A stretch of 64,000 bases of DNA from Antedon mediterranea (lineage: Eukaryota > Animalia > Echinodermata), in NCBI RefSeq assembly GCF_964355755.1, contig NC_092670.1, forward strand, positions 14,184,795 through 14,248,794. The letters run 5' to 3'. Shown piece after piece: positions 36,996 to 48,900 of the stretch (within the stretch, counting starts at the first letter, position 1; every line of letters starts with the position of its first letter). Below the pieces are notes generated by a model, which worked only from the letters and a program-made list of their open reading frames with translations, did no database searches and was not told the origin of the DNA. Made by a program: the position numbers and the translations under genes.

Positions 36996-39900
36996 TTATG
37001 CCTCTGTTATCATGTCTTCTGCGTCTCTACATTTTGAGTGCATTAATTCTCTCCTAACTTCTGGCGTGATAGTTTCGTGAGGGTGTGCCCTCAAAAGTTC
37101 CATCAGAGCTTCCTTTTGTTCGCTTGATATGTCCTCTTTGTATCGTTGAACAAAGGTTAGCAAACTCTGATGCCATAAAACGGGTAACACTCTTTTATCG
37201 TTCACAAACCTAAATAAAAAAAGAAATTAATTGTTTGAATTTCTCATATTTATATTGAAAAAAAGGACATGCCAAAAATAAAACCAAAATGGAGTTGGTA
37301 TCCATCAAGTACTTTTTGTATTATTGTTTTTATTTATAGTACTTTTTGCAGTTTATAGTTTCAGTTTATAAGTTTTTCTTACTAGTTTTATACCGTTTTA
37401 ATTATTTGGCTCTTCTCTACGTCATGTTTAAAAGCCTTATTTGGACTTCATTTGTGATTTTTTGTTTTAGATAAATGAAAATGTTTTGTATTGTATTGAT
37501 AAAGTACTCTATACAGTTTATGGATTACCTGAGAAAATGGTAAACAACGGCATCAATGACTCGGTACGGTAAAGCATATTTTTTATCCAATAATAATTTG
37601 AGGAATATACTGTTGGCACCGGTGTAGTCCATTTCTGAGATTTTAAGCAGAGCAGCGCTTGAATGTAAAACAGGGATAGAACACTTGCTTACAATGCTAC
37701 CAACGACAGTAGCTTCTCTCAGCGTACACGTCCCGCACTAGAAAGGAATAAAAGCAAATATATTTAATTTACGGATATACTGTATTATTAATTAATTCTT
37801 GATAGTTTCAAGCTTGGCTCCCATTAGGTCGTATCAAGACAGGATGCTGAGCTCCAGAGATCAAAGGGTTTATCTGTGGCTGCGACACGTTCAGTTCCAC
37901 GCCTTTTGACAGACAGAAATAGTATAGTACTGTGGTATTTGTCGCAGCCAGACATAACTTAGATGTTACGAGTTCCTATCTTGGCAAGACTAGTTCAGTA
38001 TCCCATTGTTAGATTGCCATTTTTGGCCCCTCTATTTACAACATGTACAAAAGAGTAGGGATTTTATTGTGTATTTTAAATATCCCCTCACTTATACTGT
38101 AAGAAAGTAAGTGTATAATATTATATTTAACAAAAAAGCAAAAAATGATAAAAAATAGATTGATAATTATTATATAATTTGTTTTTGTTGGCTGGCCTTT
38201 GAAATAGATACTAGGAATTAGTTGTTACTCTGACTCCGACTTTATTTGGAAAGTCATTTCAATCTTTTGTGTGGTTTCTAAACCATGTATTATTATATCT
38301 TGTTATGACACATGAGTCACATAATACTAAAGTCATGGTGGAAATTTGTATAGGAAAAATTGTATGAGTTTTTTGGATGTGGTTGTTGTTCCTTGCATGA
38401 GTTTGCCATCATTTATGATTTTATATACCTTTTGGGCACAAACTTAATGAGAACAGTGCATGCATTATATAGCATGGTCATTTTCATATTTTTGACATTT
38501 TGAACTATAAAAAAATAACTGTCTAAAATATGTAAATAATTTTCAAGTCAAGTCAAGTATCATTTATTATCATTTGTTTAAAGAAAAAACATAGAAATTC
38601 TGTTTTCTCTGTTGGCGGAGCACAATATCCAACGGACACAACACGAACTCAAAAACAAAAACATTACAAAAAAAGTAAGGCTATAATAGCTCCTGGAAAG
38701 AAACTATTTGTAAATCGTGCCTTATTGGCCTTAATAAAACGAAATCGCCGACCGCTGCGCATCAACTGGAACATATTAGAGGCCGGATGAAATTGATCAT
38801 CTTTGATAGCCACTGCCTTTTTCAGAAGACGATCCGAAAATATGTTCTCCAAAGGCAATTGCGCAGATCCAATTATACGCAATGCGGTCTTGACTATTCT
38901 ATTTAGGTCACGCTTTTCATTTTCGGTAGTGCTACCGAACCATACCGTTAAAGAATACGTTATGACACTCTCTATAACTGACCTAAATATCATTTTCATG
39001 CTGTGTATAAAAAATGTGTACAAAATTTAGACACAAGAAATTGGTCAAAACCAATTGTTAATGCAATCCCAGTATAATTCCACCTTCTAATGTTCGTCAA
39101 ATTTTGTACCCAGACCCCATGGGACTATATTCGGAACATGAATAATCTAAATAAAGTATATATTTTACACTGTAATTGGTGTACCTGTTTACACTGTTGA
39201 ATAGGAATTACAAAAATAGAGTGCCATACAAATAATTATGTCTATTAACTATATAGAGGGATTCATGTATAATACAGAGAACAATAAGATGTCACTAACC
39301 TCACACAATGGTAGCAGAATCCCTTTGAAAAATGCAGCAGGCTTGAATAGAGATTTCTTTAAAGCCTAAAATCCCGGAAAAACATAAATACGTTTAATGA
39401 AATCATAAAAAATACCACTAATAGTTGGTGAACTTTAAGCCCTATCTACACCATCAAACTTTATGTGACAAAAAAATGTGATGTGCCCATATACAGTATG
39501 GACATAATGATGTCATGTCACTACCATATTTGGGTATATCACTACCATATTTGGGCACATCACACTTTTTTGTCAAACTAGTTTGATAGTAGACAGAGCT
39601 TTAGATTCTCCTTAAATTTGCTGAAATTCATTTTTAGGAAAAAAAATTAAATACATTCAATAAAAAAAAGCTTGAAGAACTACCGCTAATAATTTAACTT
39701 AAAAAGTTGGTAAATTTGCTAATACTGAAGTCAATTTTAGTTGTTCACGCAAAATTATGTAAATGTATTTTAAATAAAATATATTCTTATGCATACCACA
39801 ATTAAACAACATTTTTTGTTTTGTTTTTGACGTTATCAAATTTTTATTTTCTTTTAAGTTCCGTTATTTATTTGTTAATTTCGTAGCTTAAGTTTCGTAG

Positions 39901-42900
39901 CTTAATTAAATACAATTTTTTGTTTTGTTTTTGACGTTATCAAATTTTTATTTTCTTTTAAGTTCTGTTATTTATTTGTTAATTTCGTAGCTTAAGTTAG
40001 TTAAGATAAAAGGTACCAAGCTTGATTAGCTTCGGCTATATCTTGGCTACCTTTTGTATATTGAAATTGTTTTTGTTTGATACAATAAAGAAAAAGAATA
40101 AACTGAAAAACTAATCAAACACACACATGGCAACATAAATAATGTCGTAACATTAATGTATTTTTCTGCAGCTTAAGTAAATCCAAAATATATATGGTTT
40201 TGAAGAAATCAAATGTTGATATAAATTTTGCAGTACACCACGTATATTAGTTCTGAAAAGAACTGTTGAGTTTCTTGACGTTTCGATCAATATGCTTGTT
40301 CAACCAGATGTTGATTAATGTTATTTATTATTAGTTTGTCCATTTACTATTCACCTAATAAATGTTAATTCACCGTATCAATTAATAAATAAAATTTTAT
40401 AATATTCAATTACTTTGAAATTTGATTAATTTTTCCAAAATTGATTTACTAAAAATGTTAAAACCAGAATCTGGTTCTGAAGATTGTAGCACCCTCTATT
40501 GTTTGGCTATGCTTTCTTAAAGTCTCCTAATGTTATGTTTTATTTTTTCAAGTTAGTATCTAATTAGTCCTAATTCTTTCTTAAAAATTTTTAATTCTGA
40601 AAACCCATTGAGGCTTTGAGATACTAAAGGGTGTTGATTTCTTTTAAATTTTACTATAGGTATGTTGGACATTGACTAATTTTTGTTTTTATTGTTTTTC
40701 GACAATTGTCTAGCATTTATTTTTTACTTTTCAGTTCGTTTGAATTAATTTTAATTTTACTTTGTTGCACTGTTATTATTATATTCAATTAAAATTTTAA
40801 AATTTAAAAAAAATAAATACCATATATAGATGGAAGTTCAGTCTCTTGTACTCTGCAATATCATCTCTTACTCGAGGCAGCAGAACTAAATTAAAAAACC
40901 TAACAAAACAAAAAATAATTTAAAGTAAAAAAAGAATTCTCAATATCTTTTAAGACCTGAAGCACATTTGTCATTATCATATCCATTTTTTATATTTTAT
41001 TTAAATTTTACGTCTTTAGGCACATGTGGCCGAGGATTACCATCCAATATTAAATTAATCACTGACCGGAGTAACCAATAATTGGGTTAAAAAAAAAAAG
41101 TTTTGTACACAAGGACAAACTGTGTTCACTTGGCCTTTATAGTCTTTATCCGAGAAGACTTGTTTCACCACCAAAACTAGGAGTGAGTCAGCCTTGAACC
41201 CATGCCAATATTGTTGGTTCTTTAGGTACAAAAACAGTGTCCCTGCCTTAACCGCTCAGCCATTTGACTTGTGTAAATACATGTACATGCACAGCTCAGA
41301 TAGCATTCGGAACATTTTTAAAGATCTATATTACCGTTGTGCCATCTTTGCATTTAGGTTACTGCTGAAGATTCTTGTAGCTTGGTACATAGCAGCTGCC
41401 GTCCATCTCTCCGGTTCAGTCAAGTATAACACCTACCAAATACAAAGATCAAAGTTTATATAGTACAGTAGTATTGCGAAATCATTAGTGACTGTGTAAT
41501 TCTATACTAAGGGTGGCGCACTATGTGTTCTTTTTCAGCCGAAAGAAAAATGGGTACCAGTAACTGTTGAAATAGCCTGCAATATGAGATATTTCAGACT
41601 ACACTCCATTCCACAACAAGTGTAGGTAATCAGTTTCGTGAATTACATATAAAATGTTTAATTATAGCAAGTAATTTAATTGGTATTATGTTTTCATTAC
41701 CCACCTGTTCCCATGATTGTAAACTTGGTACAATTTTAAAGGCTTTTGGAAGTTTACCACTTCTATATCGGCTGAGAATCTGACCAACACCTTTGTACAC
41801 CTCAATGACTCTAGGATCCAGGTCGATGACGCCTGCAGTCATATCTGTATGGAGAACAATAGGGCGACATTATTAGATAGATAGAACTCCACCTTTGGGA
41901 CACCTCTATTAACGATGCACTTTCCTTTGAAACGAATGTAGAAATGTATATGGCCAACCACCTGATCAGTGTACACCTCTATGAAGACAGTATTTTGTTC
42001 CTGAAGGTGTCCCCTTAAACAGGGTTAAAGACCCCTTCCCTGCAACGTAGGGAATGGGGCTTTAAACTATAACTTAATGTCAAAATATCAACAACAAAAA
42101 AGTAATGCAAGACTAACCCGACATTTGAGATGCTACCTCCGTCTTTTTTTCTGTCAGTTTTTCCATTATTATATCAGCTAGTGTCTTTGTCGCTGGTGCG
42201 GACTTGTTCATAAAGTTTTCCAAGGCCTTCTCATCATCCTCGTCAATTTTCTTATCAAAAATAACAAAAACATAATTCACATCCTTAAATCCCAATGCAG
42301 TTTTTTATAATTTAATAGTAGGGAGCTGTCGAAGACCACCGACCTACCTAGGTCAGGTCAATCGATGTGTTATTGGCTGTTGCTAGAAACTATCAAACTG
42401 TGTTGAGGTGGGGAGCAGGGAAATATCCCAATATCCCTGTATAGGCACAGTGAACAAACATGACATGCTTTGGTAATTGCATATCTGGTCACTCTGGTGA
42501 CCGACAGACAGGACTGAAATTAAACTTTCCACACGGATCCACCGAGGAATTAATTAATTACATTGACTGTATGTATTACTATTAGTGTCTCTGACTGTAT
42601 TTTCGTACTGTAAATACTTACAACCACCTCTTCATAATATTCATCATCCTCTTCGTTAAACTCCTCTTCTTCATCTGAGCCTGTTGATTGCCCCAAACTT
42701 GTTGTTTTTTTCCTAATAAAATAGAAAGTGATCAAAATTAAAGAAATTAGGTTTTTTCAATTATATTGTTGCATATTAATACATGGTATGCATCTTTTAC
42801 GTCCACTAACAAAAATGGTCGCACAGTTGTTTATGATTCAGGGATTATTTAGAGTGTAATAGGTTCGGAAGATATATTTACAGTGTCTTTTAAGTGTGTA

Positions 42901-43635
42901 TACAGCCGATTTTTATTTAGGTAAACAATGTTTTCCTATGTTTAAAGTTGAAGTAAATTAAACTTAGTGTTTCAATTCAAGTTATTTAAGTTCAAATGTG
43001 ATTAAATACCTAGATGTTGTAATCCCACAGTCAACCTCTAATTCCTCCTGCTGCTGTCTGGCTTGATCAAGGATTTTTCGAGAAAGCTTTTCATCCACAT
43101 ACTACTTTTGAAAAAAAATTCAGGTAACATACAAAGAAAATCATATATTTTATTTTCGATAACAATAATTAATAATCTTAATTAAAAACATAAATTAATA
43201 AATAGCCCTTACTAGCCTATAGGGCTAGGCTAGGCCCACCAGGGTAGTAATGTCTTATTATATTTTATAATTTTAGAAATATTATTTGATTTCACATTAA
43301 CTATAGTCAGTACTGTATTGATAAATTTAATGTATGTTTATGTATTATTTTCAAAAATAAGGTTAGGCCAGCACATTAGATTTCCTAGATCGGACCGGTC
43401 TGATCCGGCGGTGCTGGATGTACACATCACAGACAGGCAGATCGACAGCTGCTGCCCACACAAATTTCATTATTGATTGGCCTACCGTTTCATCATCATC
43501 TTGTCGCTTTCTTATCTTATTTCTTTGACTTTCTCGAACAGATTTATTTTCAAGAATCTGTTCTGACAATGAGGTAGTTTGGTATACAGGATCCCCAGCT
43601 CCTTTTTTTGTTTTTCCTTTTTTAGATTTACCCAT
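36996..43635 (-). CDS. BYSL: Bystin (Enp1 homologue, 40S ribosome biogenesis factor), ~423 aa, 10 coding exons
   Basis: Exons 43635-43486, 43101-43010, 42712-42622, 42250-42118, 41844-41705, 41432-41335, 40899-40821, 39365-39300, 37737-37529 and 37209-36996 (1272 nt, all GT-AG, in frame). Hallmarks: [80 protein letters not shown]. Confidence 0.96.
38543..39030 (-). mobile_element. 5'-truncated Rex1/Babar-type LINE fragment in a bystin intron
   Basis: ORF 38664-39023 ([17 protein letters not shown]...[13 protein letters not shown]...[17 protein letters not shown]...[11 protein letters not shown]) resembles the post-RT C-terminus of Rex1/Babar ORF2. It is followed by AATAAA and a (CTTGA)3 tail at 38543-38557. 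Confidence 0.8.
39438..39600. mobile_element. Family-A MITE
   Basis: AGCCCTATCTACACCATCAAAC...TTTGATAGTAGACAGAGCT with the internal GTGATGTGCCC/GGGCACATCAC inverted pair. Confidence 0.65.
39806..39997. repeat. AT-rich direct tandem duplication (~105 bp period)
   Basis: TTTTTTGTTTTGTTTTTGACGTTATCAAATTTTTATTTTCTTTTAAGTTC.GTTATTTATTTGTTAATTTCGTAGCTTAAGTT occurs twice. Confidence 0.8.
41010..41265 (-). mobile_element. Degenerate tRNA-derived SINE
   Basis: The minus strand begins TGGCTGAGCGGTTAAG (A-box-like) with GGGTTCAAG (B-box-like) ~50 nt later; I could not form a cloverleaf. Confidence 0.45.
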
Positions 43636-44609
43636 TTCTTAACTTTTTAACAACTCCATACACAGAATCAGAATCGACACAACAAAAACACATGTGGACA
43701 CTTTGCGCTGAGTTGTTAAACGCGTCAACAAACGAAACAAATGTGTTAACTATTCGTTTTACCTTCTGCTGAATCAATGTTTATCGTGCTCTTGTGCTTT
43801 CAAAGTGTTCAAAATATTAATTCAAAACATTAAATACTCATAAGAATTAATATTAAAAACATAAAAGATAATTTTTGGTATAAAAACTTAGTGAAAAACG
43901 CTAGTCTGTCAGATGTTAACGAACTGTGATACAGTAATTGTCCAGCAGAACTGTCTTAATTTAGAGGGCGACAAACTGATAATTACTATCGTCATAATCC
44001 ATAATCATCAAAGAAATAAGTTTCTCTTCAGCAGCATTGAGGACGGGAGTTGAACCCGCGACCTCCTAATCAATAATAATAAAATCTTTATTTTAAAACG
44101 TTCAAACAACAAAATGTGTTCTTCCACGAGGCCGTATAAAAGAAATAAAACTACAATATCACAATAATTTATCAAACAATTGAAATATAACGTACAAAAT
44201 GAAATAAATCATATAACGAAAATGAAGAATCCGGATATATAACCAGATTTCGCACAATCAGACCTATTCTATTATATGATTATAAAATCGGTCATTGACA
44301 TTTAGGATATTCACGTAACTATTTTCCGGAAATAATATAGATAAGACATCTGATTTCTACTTGATGTATTGCTCACTCAGTAATTTTTTATGATTTATAT
44401 TAAAATTAGATTTCTTTATAATTAATAATTTAAAACATTTTATTTCAATTAAACATAAATTATTATTAGTATAAAATGTTGTTTTTTTAATTGTTTTTAT
44501 CTTATGATATTGATAAACTGAGACCATACATTTTAATAGGCGTTTTACATGGGGCATTCATGGTGGTAGGTACGTCGTACACATATCTTTAAAAAGTGGG
44601 CGTGTATTA

Positions 44610-44639
44610 GTCACATGATGGTTTGTGTGCGTCACATGT
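44610..44639. promoter_or_regulatory. Paired GTCACATG E-boxes (M-box/CLEAR-like) upstream of the sphingomyelinase gene
   Basis: GTCACATGA at 44610-44618 and GTCACATGT at 44631-44639, just before a probable non-coding first exon ending at the GTAAGT donor at 44798. Confidence 0.45.
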
Positions 44640-45424
44640 TTTGTTATCAGAAATCACCTGATCCAATCGCCTTGTCGATCGGGATCGTCAAAAGGTTTTT
44701 ACGTTCATTGATGATATGATATTTTTGTGTTGATATTATGAAACGATATTGTCACATCGAAACTTGAAGTACTGTACTTGCTTGAAGTATTTGATTTGTA
44801 AGTAAAGATATCAGATATTTATGTGCTATAAACTTTACAGGTTACTTACAACCTAACTAATTAATTAGCCGGAATGTAGGCCTAGGCCTAGGCCTACTAG
44901 GCCTAGCTAGCCTAGGCCTAGTGCTTGACTGTGTACTGACTATGTTATGTGTGAGAGAGTGAAGGTTGTGTATGGGATGTGTCCAGAATAACCTGAATAT
45001 TGAATGTGCCTTTATTTTCATTTTAGTTTAACATGTACAGGGCCGGGCTCGACAGGCTGGTCATGGACAGGCTTATATTATAACTTAAGTTATATTATAG
45101 ACGTACAATATAGAGCTTTTAGTTTTAGGTAGGCCTAACTAAACTAGGCCTATTATATAGGCCTACTCTACCCTATATACTACTCTAGCTAGGCTATACA
45201 TACTGTAGTGCCTCTAGGCCTTAGCCAATAATTAAAATTATTAATATTATGTATATAGTATTTTACTCATGTCATGGTATTAACTATTATTACCGGAGCA
45301 ATATAACCACGATGAAACAAAATAATACAGAAAATACAAAAAATTCTTAACCAGAATATTATTAAAAAATCATTTTATACTGGCATTTATTTACAGTAAT
45401 TTGTGCCATTCCGTAAGCTTTCGG

Positions 45425-45655
45425 TTTGCAACGACCGACGACCTACCTAGGTCAGGTCAATCGATGTGTCAAATGTCATTTTATTCAATAATGACGCAAA
45501 ATAGGGAAGCACCCAATTCTAAATTACATCTGTCATCACCTGGACCTAGAAACCATCAAAACTGTGTCGGGGTGGGGATTAAGGAAACAATCCCAATATT
45601 CCTGGATGCACTCACTCAATTGACATGACGTAGTTTGGTTGTCGGTCGTTGCAAA
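45425..45655. mobile_element. MITE with 15-bp inverted termini
   Basis: TTTGCAACGACCGAC...GTCGGTCGTTGCAAA; the internal GACCTACCTAGGTCAGGTCAATCGATGTG is shared with a copy at ~42320-42510. Confidence 0.55.
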
Positions 45656-45998
45656 TTGTACTAACAATGTCTTTTATGAGAATCAAACTTGCACTACATG
45701 TTAGCGTTTACAGCAACCGATATAATTATCACATTCGTAAGTTTTTCTATTGAGCTACGTCAAGAATTTGTTTCCACTGGTCCATAGCATTGCCGTAGAC
45801 AAGTACTTGATTTAGTAACTCAATAATAACAATCATGGTCTCAAAATATGCTCTACATTTTTTTTTTTATTTACAGCACCAAGGGAAACATGACAGCCAG
45901 AGATTTGCTATAAAATGCCTAGAATCATCACACATTTACCAATTCCCATCCTTTTTATACTTTCAGAAAATAAAGAATATATCTACAGACCTGAAGTC

Positions 45999-48900
45999 AT
46001 GAAAACCTGTATTTTTTTACTGATTTTATCTACGTATTCCGTAGTAGGAAAACCATTACATTTCAACTCATACGATTTATCAGCTGGAAAATTTAAATCA
46101 TGGGGACTTAGTCTGAAAACTCTGGACTGTTTTGCGTGCAGGGTTGCCGTGAAGGAGATTGATGACCTCATCAAAACAAACGCTACTAAAGACGATGTTG
46201 CAAAGTTGGCAACAGATATTTGTGATTTACTTCAAATCGAGACTGATCGCGTTTGCGAGTACATTGTCAGAGAATTTGAGGTACGGTATACGTCTTGTTT
46301 TGTTAATTCATAAACACCCTTGGAATGGCCCAAAATGTAATAATTTTAGACAATTATTACATTTTTAAACTATTATTAGACTTGTTAGTTGTTTTTTATG
46401 TTGTATTCCTTTATGGTCATTTTCAAGTATAGGTATTGTACATACAGTATGACACGCCATGTATCCAAAAATATTTTCTTTAAAGCTCAGATACAGGCAT
46501 GAATTTTAAATATAATACTGGTTAATTGTACATAAATCAAATATTTGTAACAAAAATCAAGACGAAAAACATGAATTTCCTTTAATATGGTCAAATACAA
46601 CATTTGGAAAAATTCTTCTATAAAAACCAGGAAGACCTTTTTTCAGTAGTTAGATAGTTTAACCTAATGTAATAACATGTCTGGTGACTCCCTAGAAGGT
46701 GAAAAAAGATGGTGGATATACGGTGGATAATTTTTGCTATTAATAGCATGAAAATAAAAATCTGAAGTTGAATAAAAATATCATAATGTAAAATTCAAGT
46801 TATTTTACCTATATTTAGTCATCTGATAACATTTTTTATAACACCGTTTATTTTTCATAGCTTTTTAAAATGCCTCTCTATTTACAAAATTTGTGTACAA
46901 AAGAATAGGGATTTTACTGTGTAATTTGAACTATCCCCCCACTGATAAGAAAGTGCTTATTTTCAACAAGATGTAACAGAAATAAAATCCCCAAAATTAT
47001 GAAACATAGGGGAAACTATAGATCGATAATTATTGGGTGATCAATAGAAATTTTTTGCCCGCACCTGGCCTTTAACAATTGCTGTCTACAACCTAAACTA
47101 GTGTATACTTCTTAGCATACATTTTCCTATTCTTGCACCTCATAGACACATAAACACCAACTATTTACCCGACCCATTCAAGTCTAATATAGTAAAACTC
47201 ATTTTTTAATTTCAGCCTGAAATATTTGGAGTGGCCGTAGGTGCTGTTATTTCACCAGATGAGTTGTGTACGCGGTTGCTGGGAGTGACCTGTGGTGACC
47301 CTTCAGATCCTGGTAGTCCTTGGAACGTGACGTTTCCCAATATTCCCAAGCCTACACCAACCCCTCCAAAACCACCAAAGGTAAATATACTATTTAGAAT
47401 GCGATTGATTGATTTATTCATTAAAATCACAGAACATGAAACAATGACAAAATTAGACAATGAACAATCCATAATATTTTTAAAATAAAATGTGAAAAAT
47501 CGGGAGAACGCAAACACAACCAAAGATGCTACCGATAAAGGTCTTCAAGCAGATCAAACAAATAATAATAAAATTATTAAAAGTCAGTGTGACAGTTACC
47601 TTTGATCGTACTACTACAATACTGTATTACAGTTACTGCAGTATCGATATAGTTTCTGTAGTACTGTACAGTATTATTGCAGTTTCTATAGAAAATTAAT
47701 TTCAGAAATCTTTTCCTTTCAATTCACAAAATATATTTTATGGGTTGTTTTATCATAGATTAGTTTCATTTTTTATATCCAATTGAACTCTGATCTAATT
47801 ACTTAATTATTTAATTACGAGATAAAACTGGAATGTGTTATATATTATTAATATTTCTTGTTTCTAGGCTGGCTCTCCTACACTGCGTATTTTACATTTG
47901 ACAGATCTGCACTATGATCGACGCTATAAGGTGGGGTCAAATGCAGAGTGCGGAGAACCTTTGTGTTGCCGTGACAATGACGGACCACCAGGTACAACTT
48001 GTTTGATGCATAATTTAAAAAACTTTAAACATTTTTAATGTATATTATTTATCCAAATTAAATCTTATCATGTTCAGGAATTTATGTTTGAATAAAATGT
48101 AGTCAATTTTTTGCTAATCATTTCATTTTCAGCTAAGGGAGTGGCTGGAGCAGGAGCATGGGGTGATTATCGGTATTGTGACAGCCCTAAGTGGCTCATC
48201 ATCAACTTGCTTGAGCATCTATCATCCACTGAAAAGGTAACTTATCTAAGCTGAATTACACAAATTCAGAAGTCATAGATTTTATTTTTAGGCATATTTC
48301 TAAAGAATGGCAACCGTTCATTTGACCACTAATAAGTAGCATGTGCTTACATGACTACACATACTATACAAGATGATGTATATAAACAAAAGTACTTTCT
48401 GTTTTTTTAGCGTGTGCAAAAAAATGATGATGTCATATCACTACCAATGGGCACATCACATCCATATTTAGGAACTTCACACTTTTTTTGTCAAACTAGT
48501 TTGATAGTGTAGACAGAGCTTTAAACAGGATTTGAATCTAGGACTGGCTGTCAAAATACAGTATATCTCCACTTCAATGAATTCATTTTTTCCTCTCTTT
48601 ATTTTTTTATATAGTTTGATGCAATTTACATGACAGGGGATCTTCCAGCCCACAATGTTTGGAATCAAACTAGAGACGATGAATTAGAAATCCTCAATGA
48701 AGTGACAGACATGCTTCTAAAGTATTTCCCAAATACCAAGATATTCCCAGCTATTGGCAACCATGAAAGTGCCCCAGTTAATAGGTATACATTTAGTAAC
48801 AACACAAGAATATGTTGAGTTATTCAAAACTGCAAACAAAGTTGTATTTTTGGCAACCAAACAATCTCATTATCAATTGCCAAGCCTACAAAATCTGACT

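Noticed and set aside
44037-44070. tRNA-like T-arm (GGTCGCGGGTTCAACTCCCG on the minus strand); similar fragments near 14700 and 52150
   Set aside because: No 5' half or cloverleaf; more likely SINE remnants than tRNA genes.
46480-47074. Possible TTAA-flanked (Kolobok-like) element sharing a block with 38010-38200
   Set aside because: The shared block is real, but the termini are too degenerate to define boundaries or a family.
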